From a virus (taxonomy: Duplodnaviria > Caudoviricetes): a stretch of DNA of 57,712 nt. Position 1 is the first letter of the stretch. Each line of letters opens with the position of its first letter. The DNA lies in the IMG/VR virus record IMGVR_UViG_3300024309_000001, positions 1-57,712 of that record; one strand, written 5' to 3'. The notes below the pieces were generated by a model. That model worked only from the letters and a program-made list of their open reading frames with translations, ran no database searches and had not been told where the DNA came from. Below, piece after piece: positions 1 through 8,713 of this stretch. Position numbers and translations under genes: made by a program.

Positions 1-85
1 GGCAACAATCAATTTGGCGCGGCGCGAAACGCCATGCCGGCGCCGCGGGGCGCAAAGATTCCGGGACCGTTGTTGCAAACAAGAC

Positions 86-116
86 AAAAACCGCCGCATC
101 AGGGGATGGCGGCGGT
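86..116 (-). terminator. Intrinsic terminator, probably the host tRNA terminator
   Basis: ACCGCCGC/GCGGCGGT stem followed by T5 on the minus strand, just downstream of the tRNA-like CCA end. Confidence 0.75.
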
Positions 117-134
117 CTGTGGGGGGGGAATTCC

Positions 135-151
135 TGGTAGGCAGTACTGGA
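135..151 (-). other. Prophage att core: displaced tRNA 3' end (Val-like)
   Basis: Minus strand TCCAGT-ACTGCCT-A-CCA = 3' T-stem strand + 7-nt acceptor strand + discriminator + CCA, with no 5' half of the tRNA. Phage-side IHF-like site and arm-like repeats are adjacent. Confidence 0.7.
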
Positions 152-166
152 ACAGGAATTCTCTCG

Positions 167-230
167 GAACCCGTTGATATTGATGCCTTCCCGCATCAGG
201 ACGCCGGCAGTATACCCCACCCATACCCCA
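167..230. promoter_or_regulatory. IHF-like site and integrase arm-type direct repeats
   Basis: TATCAAcgggTTC on the minus strand (~167-179); ATACCCCA at 212-219 and 223-230 (11-bp period). Confidence 0.55.
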
Positions 231-232
231 TC

Positions 233-3200
233 CTACTTCTGGCGCTCCCTCACCTGCTCGTCGGCCATCATCGCCAGGCGGTTGCGCGCCTGGTACAGCT
301 CGTCGAGGCGCGCCCGCTTCTCGTCTGCCGACAGATCACTGCGCTGGATGCGCTTGATGGCCTGGTTGATCTTGCTCAGCTGATTGCCGGCCGACTTGGC
401 GATCCCGTACAGTTTCGCCTCGCTGGACCGCTTCAGATCCTCGGCCCGCTCGACGTCGCCCATGGCGCGGGCTTGGTTGTAGGCGGAATAGACCTGGTTG
501 ACCTCGTTCTGCATGTCGTAGAACCGCTGGATGTACTTGCTGCTGGGCGAGGCCGCGTCCTTCACGAAGTCGCCGACCACGAACCAGTTGTCGATCTTGC
601 CCAGATCGCGGCGGGGATTCTCCGGCAGGTTGGACAGCGGCCGCGCCAGGTAATCGGCGACGTTCAGCGCCTGGGTCCCCAGCCAGCCGAAGTACCCGCG
701 CGCCAGGTGCTCCAACCGCTGAGGCGACATATTGATGGCGCGGCCCAGGGCCACTGCGCCGGCGCTGGTCTGGCCGGTGAAGCGCTCACCAGGCGGCAGC
801 CGTTCCTGGCCCATGCTGTCGATGGGACGCTCCCGGAAGGTGTCGTAATTGAATCCTGTCTCCATGGCTGGTTTCACGGCCTGGGGAATCGGGTTCATGG
901 CCAGTTGATCGCCCAGCACCCCCGCCACAGTCTTGGCAAAGTCGCCCAGCCGGTAGTCGTCACCGCCAAACGCCAGTTCCGTACCGCGCTCGACCACAGT
1001 GCCCAGTGCCCCGATCTCGAAGGGCTTCGGGACGTATACCATCTTGTCAGTGCCCGGCAGCTTCACCACCCAATAGGTATTCCGCACCCAGTCGGGCAGC
1101 GCCTTGTAGTCGTCGTCGTCCTTCATGGACAGGTACAGCAGGGCCGACGCCAGCCCGACCGCACCGGCCACCGCGGCGAACCGCGCCGGATTGTCGCGGA
1201 CGGCACGGCCCAGCTTGTACATGCCCTGGAGGCGCGCATTCATGAAGGGCACCACCTGGGTCAGCAGCCGCACGGCCGCGAAGGACCCGTGGCTGGTGAA
1301 GTCCATCAGATCGCGGGCGAGGTAGCTGGCCTCGAGGTGGGATTTCCCATTTCGGATGGCCGCGTCATAGATGGCCGCCCGGTTCACGGTCTCCGAGCGG
1401 TCGCCCAGATCCTGGTACCAGTCGAAAGCCTTTCGGGCGTAGCGCCGCAGATCCGCAGGCGACGACACCACCTGATCGGCGCTGACCTGCAACTCGTCGA
1501 CCAGGCGCTTCACGTTGCGGGCCTGGCCATCGTTGAAGGATCCGAAGCGCACCGCCCCGCCCCCGGCCAACAGCTTGCGCATCGTGGGCGATTCGCTGCC
1601 GGTGGCCTTCCATCCCTCGACCATGTTGCGCATCGGGTTCAGGCTGATCTCGCTGTCGATGGAGACCGCCTGCAGGCTGTCGCGCAACAGGTTGCGCACG
1701 CGGAACGTCGGCGAGATCGTCACCCCAATGGTCAGGGCGTGCTTCATCTTGCGCATGGCCCGCATGATGGGATCGTTCGATCCCACGTAGTGCAGTGAGG
1801 TCAGGGAATCCAGCACCATGGGGTCATCGACCATGTAGTGCTTCTCCTTGCCATCCACCATGATTCGCACGCTGTCCTTCTGTGCGGCGCCGATCTTCTC
1901 GGCGATGCCCATCTCCACTGCGGACTCCATGGCGCCCTGGGCGGCCAGGTTCTTCATGCTGGCCGAAAGCAGGTGCGACCAGTTGGAGACGGTGTTGGCC
2001 GTCAGGTCCCCGAGCTTTTCCTTGCCGCCCTTCAGCTTCTTGAACGCCCGCTGCCCCACCAAGCCGGCGATCTGCCCGGGGCCCATCGTGCCGGTGGCGT
2101 CGTTCTCCATCTCCCGGTAGAACGGCACGTAGAATTCATGCTCCCACAGCTTGCGGGCCTCGCTGTTGATCAGGCCGGCCTCCTGGGCGACATCGAGGAC
2201 GGACTTCTGCAACACGTTCAGATCCTTCAGCGCGGCCGCGTACACGTCGGCGCGCCGGCGGCCGTCCGGCATCTTGCCCAAGTTCAGGCGCTTGAGTGTC
2301 GCCACGTCGTCGGGCGTGAAGAGGTGTTCGCGCCCCTCGGCCAGCAGGCGCTCTGCCCGGTTTCCGGCGATCCACGCCATGAAGTGGTCGTGCTCCCCGC
2401 GCAGGCCGGCCAGGATGTCTGCCAGGCCCTTGCCGCCGGCGCCGTCGATGGCCCCGTCTGTCAGCTTGACGGCGCCGTGACGCACCAGATACTCGGCCGC
2501 GCCGTCCGTCCCCTTGGACAGACGCGCCTGCATGTAAGCGGTCGGGCTCAAAGCCTTCAAGGACAGGAAGTGGTCGAAGATGCCCTGCACTGCCTTGGCG
2601 CGCCAGCCGTCCTGCAGCTTGGCCAGCCGGTCCTGAATGGAGTCCGGCTTGGCAAAGGCGCCGATCTTCCCCAGGGTCCGGTCGCGCAACAGGCGCTCCG
2701 TCTTCGACAGGCTTTCGCCCGGGCGCACCGTGTTGGAAGCCTCGGGTTGCACGGGCTTGCTGGTGGGGGGCAACGTTGCCGCCCGCGATTCCACGGGCCC
2801 ACTGAAAAGCCCCGCATCTGGCGGGGCTTCGTTGTCATCCTGGTTGGGGCTCAGGCCGCTTTCTTGCCGCCCCAGATCTTCTCCCCGTAAGCCATCGCCT
2901 CGCGCATGTCCTTCCGCAAGGACTCGATCTCGGACGGCGTCAGGCGCTCCATTCCTGGACTCGGCTGAACCAAACTTCCACCCAGCCCTGCCTTCGGCAT
3001 TGACGATTTCTTTGATTTCATCTACGCTAATCGTGGCTCTTGCGCCGCTTTCCATATCCCCGGGTTTGGATCCTGGGTTGATGTTGGGGGTGGTGTCAGG
3101 AGCTTTTTGCTGGCTGATGCCCGACAAGTCATGATCATAAAAGAATTCGCCATTGTTGGCTTCCCTAATCAGTAGCCGCGCCACCCGCAAATCACCGCCA

Positions 3201-6200
3201 ATACGCACCGGAGCATACATTGTGTGCATAGCCCTGGTGCTGGTGTCTGATGCCAGCTTTGCGGGCGCGCTATGGCTCAGGGTTGCATGACGCAGCATGT
3301 CAGGCAGCGCAGCGATCGATTGAACCTTCTCGATGCGGGCGCTGCGCGACAGGGTTTCCTTCAGCCCGCGCCGCCCAACATGAATATCCCAGCCCTGCTC
3401 CGCATTACGGAACTGTTTTCCCTGCAGGTGCTCAGCCCCCCACTCCTTCGCCTGGTTACGCAGGGCAACCACACCATCAGCGGGATTGCCAAACTCTAAC
3501 CCGGAAACATCAGCAGTCGGCACGCCGGCCCTACCGTTGCTTGCCGCCATCGAAGCCGCAGCCATCCGCGTCCCAGAGAATGCCTGGTCCGCCTGCGTGC
3601 GGCGCAGGAACCGGCCAGCGTCGATCACCATCTGGCGCAGGTCGGCCGTCGTCAGCTTCAGATCGAACCCCATAGCCCGCAGCGCCGCCCGCATCTTGGC
3701 GTACAGACCCTGCAGGAAGTACTTACGGCCGCCGGTCTCGGCCATCCTGGCCAGGACCTCCCGTGCCCGGGCTTTTGCGCCGTAGTCCGGATACCGCATG
3801 CCCACCGCCTCCATGGTGGCGTAATTCTTGTCACCGGGCTGCTCGTTGCCGGTGGCGCGCTCCCCGGCCGGCACCCTGGCCAGGCGGCGCACGTCGGCCA
3901 ACACCCCATCGAATCGTTCGCCCAGCAAAGCCTCGACGCCGAAGTGCCCGACGATCTCGTGCGCCAGCACCTGCTGCAGGCGTTCCATCGTCGGCAGGTT
4001 GTCGGCCACCAGGTAGATGCGCCCACCGTCGCCAGCCGGGTAGTAGACGCCCTCGGCCATGTTGGAGGGTCCCTCTGGAATGTCCTTGACCGACTGGACG
4101 ACGGACACCTTCAGCCGTCCCGCCCCGGGCAACTTCTTCATGAAGGCGCCGGCGAACACCCGAGCATCAGCAACAGAAACCCCGGCGCCAGGCCGGGGTT
4201 GTCGGGATTCAAATTGACCGCCAGATCGCGGCACAAGCCGCTGTCCGGTTGGCGCCAGCGGCTTGCCGTCCGCGACGATATCGAGCGCGCGAATGCCGGC
4301 ATCCTCCAACGCCTTGTTCAGGTTCCGGGCCTGGTCAATGTTTCCCTCGGACTGCACAATCGTGATGGCGGACGAAGTATTGGCCTTCTCCACGCCGGCC
4401 ATCAGCTTTTCCAGGCCGCCGGTACCGCGCAGCCGCCCCATTTCGTGCGCCATCATCGGCAGGAACGCAACGGGCCTGTGCAGCGCGTTCAGCAGCATCA
4501 CGCCATCCCTGCCGCCAGAGATCCGCTCAGCCAATCCGGCAACATTCAAGGGATCCACCATATCGCCCAGCGTGCCGCGCTTGACGAACGTGCGCTCCAC
4601 GACAGGGATCTGCTTGGGGCGCGACACGGGCCGCACCTTCCCTCTGGCGATGTCGCCGCGGGCGTCCACATTGGAGAACGCGCCTTGGCCCACAGCCATC
4701 AGTCCCTTGTATTCGATCCGTCCGCCGCGCAGCAGGTCAGCGATCTTCTTGGACATCCTCAGGTCCGCGTTCGACAGCTCCGACACGCCAGACGGGTGGT
4801 TGTGAACCAGCCACATATGCTTGGCCCTCGGCACGCGCGCCGCGTGGCCAATGATGATGTCTGGCTCGATATCTGTGCTGGACTTCCGGCCCAGGCTGTG
4901 CCGCAAGACGCTGATCGGCATGCCGGCCTCATCGGTCAGCAGCATCATCAGATTCTCTTGGGGAGCCTTGCGGATGCTGGCCATGGCGCTGGCCACGGCA
5001 TCAGGGGAAGCGATGACGCCATCTGGAACCCTCAGGTCGAGGGTTTTCTTGGCTTCGACGCGGACGGCGAACTGGCTGCCTTCGGGTTCGATGATGATGG
5101 CGGCCGCCCGGGAACGAAGGCTCGGAAGCCGTACCGCACCGGATCCGGACTCAGTTCGAGTGGAGGCCGCACGCCGACCCCCTCCGCTGGAATTGGATAC
5201 CTCGGGCTCAAGGTCGAACCCTTGCCCGAAGAGGTCTTGCGTGCCATGAGATTCTTCTAGCCGCGTTGCGGCATCGTCGGCATTTGCAGGGCGGGCTCCT
5301 TCGTTTTCGCCCTGTTGCCTGCCTGCAGACCGATCCGAGTCAGCACGTCGGCCGCCTTTGGATCGCTCCACACCGAAGATGTCTTTTTGTCCTGTCGAGG
5401 CTTGTTCTCGGCCATAGCGATTCCTGATCAGGGCTTCGCCCCGGTTGATGATGTCGTCTGCCGACACCTGGGCGCCACCGAACATATCCTGGCTGCCGGC
5501 ACGCGCCTGTTCATTCTGGACGAACAATGCCATATCGCGCAAGGCCTCCGACACCCGACGCGGCGCGCGAATGTTGCCCCACAGCAGCCCGACCATGCGG
5601 TCGACCAGCGGATCACGCCCGAACAGATCCTGTTGGGCCAGGTGCTGATCCATATTTAGGCCCCGGGCCCGAGCATCGCGGATCTGGTGGACCGCCGCCG
5701 CCAGCTGCGGCCGGATGTCCAGAGGTCCAGCGTCCAAGCCCGCGAAGTCTGGTGCAGCCATGGTCAGCGCGTTCAGGATGTTGCGCACGTCCGGATCCGC
5801 GCTCTCGGACGCCATCGAGGTCAGTGCGTCGTCACCATAGGCGCGGTGGAACACGGCCGCCCGGGCGCGGTCCATGAACTGACGGGAGTAGTTGCCCTGG
5901 CCGTCCCGGATCTGGGCGGCATCCTCGCCCTGGTGCTGGACGGCGCGCACGAACGCATCCAGAAACCGGCGATTGGATGCCGAATCGAACGCTCCGGATT
6001 CGCCCATATCCAGCAGATCAACTGGCGTAATCCGCGCATCGTTGGCGGCTTGCTCCGTGGCAGACATGCCCAGGTTACTCTGGGGATTGGACAGCGCGCC
6101 CATGTTGGGGCGCCGGTTCTCGGCGTCCGCGTAGACGCGCACCAGGACCGGCTCGCGCTTGGCGCGAATGGCCTCAGGCGACACGCCGTGGGCCTGGGCG

Positions 6201-8713
6201 TCGTCAATCATGGCTTGGGTATAGGCACCAGCCTTCTTGCGACGGTACGCCTCCTGCAAGCCCGCCATACGGCCATTGTTCAGCGCCCGTACCTCGCCCG
6301 GCTTGGCGTCGGCATAGTAGGCGGCGTTCTCGGTGCCGTCAGCCGCGTGAGAGGCCAGCGCATCGGAGGCCTCGATCACCGCGTAGCGCACCGGGATCTT
6401 GGTGCCGTCGCCCAGGGTCACGCGGTCAGTGCGCCCCATGTCGGATTCCGGGATGCGCGCCGTGTCGCCAGCAACAGACACCATGGGGGCCGCCTCATTG
6501 GGCGATCGGCCGAACCCCAGGCGGTCGTAGTCCGGCGCATTGGCGATCCGGTTCATCTGCTCGATGCTGGCCGGGCGGCTGCGGTCGCGGTTCTGCCGGG
6601 ACAGGTCGGTGCCCGCTTGGTCGCGCTGGGCCACCGGCTTGGTGGTGTCGCCCTTCTTCAGCCACTCCTTGAACGCAGGCATATCCATGGGCGTCACCTT
6701 GCCCATGCCCTTCCACCCGCGCGAATAGCTGCGGCGGTAGGCCGTCTCGGCTTCCTTCTGGCTGCCGTAGCCCACCATGACCTTGTGCTCGTCGAACTTG
6801 CCGGTCTTGGGGTCCATCTGGTCCACCACGAACACGGGGCCGCTGTAGTCCTCGGCCGTGCCCGGCTTCAGGAACACGTCCACCTGGTCGCCGTCGGCGC
6901 CTTCCGTGCGCCGGACATAGCCGTAGTGCCCGGCCATGCGGTTGACCCATGGCTTGCCGCCCGGATCCGTGCCGCGCCGCTCAGACCCTTCCGGGTTCTC
7001 GATTGAGATGTCCAGCCCCGCCACGCGCACGTGGCCCTTGCGGTAGTTCCCGGCCTCTTTCTGGCCGTCCGTGGGCTCAACCGCTGGCGTGCCGACTGGC
7101 GAGGTTTGGGCGGCATGCGCCGCTTCGTCCACCGGCGTCTGAATGGCCTGCGGCCGGCCCGGATGGTTCCGGGCGGCGGTCTCCACATCCCGGGTCAGCC
7201 CCAGGTCGCCAGCCTCCCGCTGCCTGGCCAAGTCCGCCGACCGTTGCTCGGCCGTGCGCGCAGCCCCAGCAGAGTCCACGGTGACGGTCGGGGCAGGCAG
7301 CGCCAGGGTGGGCTCAGCCGCAGGTGCAGCAGGCGGCCGAGGGTTCGCTTCTGGACGGCCCGGGTGGTTGCGCCCTGCCGCCTGGACGTCATCGGTATAG
7401 CCAAGATTGTCCCGGGCCCAACGCTCCAGCTCATCCAGAGCGGCGCTTTCCATGCGCTGGCCGGCAGTTCTCGCCGTGCCGTCCTGGCCGACGGTCACCG
7501 TAGGAGCAGGCAGGGCCAGAGGATCGGCCGGCTCCTGTGCTTCCGCAGCTTCCATGCCGCGCCGGCCCGGATGGTTCCGGGCGGCGGCATCTTCGCGGCT
7601 CATAACCTGCCCATCAGCGTCCACCCTGAACGCATCCTGGCCGCTGGGCGACGGCAGGGCGAGCGGCGCGGCTGGCTCCTCGCCCTCGGCAGCGCGCTCG
7701 GCGGCGACCTTGCCATAGCGGTCCTGTACAGAATCACCAGCAGCCCGACCATGCGACAGCCCACCCACCACCGCGCCCACCGGGCCGCCCTGCGCGGCAC
7801 CCATCGCCGCCATCGCGGCAACGTTCTTGGTCGGGTCGATGCTGGGGTCGATCTTCTGGGCCGCGCGCTGCCCTTCGTACTGGGTCAGGCCTTCCTCGGC
7901 CGCCTCGGTCGCGGCCTCCACGGCGCCAGTTCCCAGGGCCCCGCGCAGGCCGCCCTGCGCCATACGCCCGCCGGCCAGTATCTTCTCGGCTCCGAACGCA
8001 CCGGCGGCCGCGCCAGCCAGGGCCGGCAGCAGACTGGCATCGCGCCCGGCCTCGCGCGCCAGGGTCTCGCGGATTTCCTTGGGCAGATAACCCTGGTCGG
8101 CCAGGGCTTGGGCCGGCTCGCTGGCCATCAGGGTGCGCTCCGGCATGCCCATCACCAGGTCGTAGGCGTTGCCCGCGGCATCACCACCGCTCAACGCAGC
8201 GCCCGTGCCAATGCCAGCAGCCCGGCCAGCCAGCGCCGCTCCGCGCTCTCCCCACCCCAGCAATCCGGCACCGACCCTGGCGCCCTTGATGGCCGCGCCT
8301 GGGACAAGGAAACTGCCGGCGGCCTGCGCGGCCGCCTGCAACGGGCTGTCCACGATATAGTCGCCAACGGCCTTCAGATCGTCGCCCACTCCTTCGGATT
8401 GCTTCAGGGCCTCGTTGAGCTTCGCGCGATCCGCTTTCACGACATCGCTCTGCTTCTCCTGTCCGGCCCTCACAAAATCGTCAGCAGCCCGCGAGAACCG
8501 ATTTCCCGGCACCGCGAAGTCAGCGACAGCGCCCAGGCCACCCACGGCAGCATTCGCCAGCTCGATCATGGTGTCATTGGCGACCGCGAACGGCGTCCGA
8601 GTTGCCGGCTCGGCCGGCTGGCCTGCGGTCGGCGCGCCATACCGCTCCCAAGGCTTCATGCCACCGGCTTCAGCACGGGCTGGCACCCGGTACTTCTCCC
8701 ACGGTCCGGCCAT
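233..8713 (-). CDS. Large polyvalent ejection protein (InPase-like, DdrB/ParB-like, RadC/JAB, zincin MPTase, LPD3/MuF-C-like, LPD38-like)
   Basis: 2826 aa; motifs GNYRKGH..IENPEGSER..HYGY..DGDQVDVF; NRDRSR..NNGR; HNHPSG..S..D; HEIVGH; FFYDHDL; YKALPDW..PKPFEIG. Confidence 0.85.
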   Translation of the reverse strand: MAGPWEKYRVPARAEAGGMKPWERYGAPTAGQPAEPATRTPFAVANDTMIELANAAVGGLGAVADFAVPGNRFSRAADDFVRAGQEKQSDVVKADRAKLNEALKQSEGVGDDLKAVGDYIVDSPLQAAAQAAGSFLVPGAAIKGARVGAGLLGWGERGAALAGRAAGIGTGAALSGGDAAGNAYDLVMGMPERTLMASEPAQALADQGYLPKEIRETLAREAGRDASLLPALAGAAAGAFGAEKILAGGRMAQGGLRGALGTGAVEAATEAAEEGLTQYEGQRAAQKIDPSIDPTKNVAAMAAMGAAQGGPVGAVVGGLSHGRAAGDSVQDRYGKVAAERAAEGEEPAAPLALPSPSGQDAFRVDADGQVMSREDAAARNHPGRRGMEAAEAQEPADPLALPAPTVTVGQDGTARTAGQRMESAALDELERWARDNLGYTDDVQAAGRNHPGRPEANPRPPAAPAAEPTLALPAPTVTVDSAGAARTAEQRSADLARQREAGDLGLTRDVETAARNHPGRPQAIQTPVDEAAHAAQTSPVGTPAVEPTDGQKEAGNYRKGHVRVAGLDISIENPEGSERRGTDPGGKPWVNRMAGHYGYVRRTEGADGDQVDVFLKPGTAEDYSGPVFVVDQMDPKTGKFDEHKVMVGYGSQKEAETAYRRSYSRGWKGMGKVTPMDMPAFKEWLKKGDTTKPVAQRDQAGTDLSRQNRDRSRPASIEQMNRIANAPDYDRLGFGRSPNEAAPMVSVAGDTARIPESDMGRTDRVTLGDGTKIPVRYAVIEASDALASHAADGTENAAYYADAKPGEVRALNNGRMAGLQEAYRRKKAGAYTQAMIDDAQAHGVSPEAIRAKREPVLVRVYADAENRRPNMGALSNPQSNLGMSATEQAANDARITPVDLLDMGESGAFDSASNRRFLDAFVRAVQHQGEDAAQIRDGQGNYSRQFMDRARAAVFHRAYGDDALTSMASESADPDVRNILNALTMAAPDFAGLDAGPLDIRPQLAAAVHQIRDARARGLNMDQHLAQQDLFGRDPLVDRMVGLLWGNIRAPRRVSEALRDMALFVQNEQARAGSQDMFGGAQVSADDIINRGEALIRNRYGREQASTGQKDIFGVERSKGGRRADSDRSAGRQQGENEGARPANADDAATRLEESHGTQDLFGQGFDLEPEVSNSSGGGRRAASTRTESGSGAVRLPSLRSRAAAIIIEPEGSQFAVRVEAKKTLDLRVPDGVIASPDAVASAMASIRKAPQENLMMLLTDEAGMPISVLRHSLGRKSSTDIEPDIIIGHAARVPRAKHMWLVHNHPSGVSELSNADLRMSKKIADLLRGGRIEYKGLMAVGQGAFSNVDARGDIARGKVRPVSRPKQIPVVERTFVKRGTLGDMVDPLNVAGLAERISGGRDGVMLLNALHRPVAFLPMMAHEMGRLRGTGGLEKLMAGVEKANTSSAITIVQSEGNIDQARNLNKALEDAGIRALDIVADGKPLAPTGQRLVPRSGGQFESRQPRPGAGVSVADARVFAGAFMKKLPGAGRLKVSVVQSVKDIPEGPSNMAEGVYYPAGDGGRIYLVADNLPTMERLQQVLAHEIVGHFGVEALLGERFDGVLADVRRLARVPAGERATGNEQPGDKNYATMEAVGMRYPDYGAKARAREVLARMAETGGRKYFLQGLYAKMRAALRAMGFDLKLTTADLRQMVIDAGRFLRRTQADQAFSGTRMAAASMAASNGRAGVPTADVSGLEFGNPADGVVALRNQAKEWGAEHLQGKQFRNAEQGWDIHVGRRGLKETLSRSARIEKVQSIAALPDMLRHATLSHSAPAKLASDTSTRAMHTMYAPVRIGGDLRVARLLIREANNGEFFYDHDLSGISQQKAPDTTPNINPGSKPGDMESGARATISVDEIKEIVNAEGRAGWKFGSAESRNGAPDAVRDRVLAEGHARGDGLRGEDLGRQESGLSPNQDDNEAPPDAGLFSGPVESRAATLPPTSKPVQPEASNTVRPGESLSKTERLLRDRTLGKIGAFAKPDSIQDRLAKLQDGWRAKAVQGIFDHFLSLKALSPTAYMQARLSKGTDGAAEYLVRHGAVKLTDGAIDGAGGKGLADILAGLRGEHDHFMAWIAGNRAERLLAEGREHLFTPDDVATLKRLNLGKMPDGRRRADVYAAALKDLNVLQKSVLDVAQEAGLINSEARKLWEHEFYVPFYREMENDATGTMGPGQIAGLVGQRAFKKLKGGKEKLGDLTANTVSNWSHLLSASMKNLAAQGAMESAVEMGIAEKIGAAQKDSVRIMVDGKEKHYMVDDPMVLDSLTSLHYVGSNDPIMRAMRKMKHALTIGVTISPTFRVRNLLRDSLQAVSIDSEISLNPMRNMVEGWKATGSESPTMRKLLAGGGAVRFGSFNDGQARNVKRLVDELQVSADQVVSSPADLRRYARKAFDWYQDLGDRSETVNRAAIYDAAIRNGKSHLEASYLARDLMDFTSHGSFAAVRLLTQVVPFMNARLQGMYKLGRAVRDNPARFAAVAGAVGLASALLYLSMKDDDDYKALPDWVRNTYWVVKLPGTDKMVYVPKPFEIGALGTVVERGTELAFGGDDYRLGDFAKTVAGVLGDQLAMNPIPQAVKPAMETGFNYDTFRERPIDSMGQERLPPGERFTGQTSAGAVALGRAINMSPQRLEHLARGYFGWLGTQALNVADYLARPLSNLPENPRRDLGKIDNWFVVGDFVKDAASPSSKYIQRFYDMQNEVNQVYSAYNQARAMGDVERAEDLKRSSEAKLYGIAKSAGNQLSKINQAIKRIQRSDLSADEKRARLDELYQARNRLAMMADEQVRERQK

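Noticed and set aside
135-151. Complete tRNA gene
   Set aside because: Only the 3' 17 nt are present; no D or anticodon arm upstream
14-1798. Long antisense ORFs (also 7031-8767, 13924-15837, 30553-32634, 49057-51258)
   Set aside because: Shadow frames of high-GC genes; no motifs and opposite well-supported CDSs
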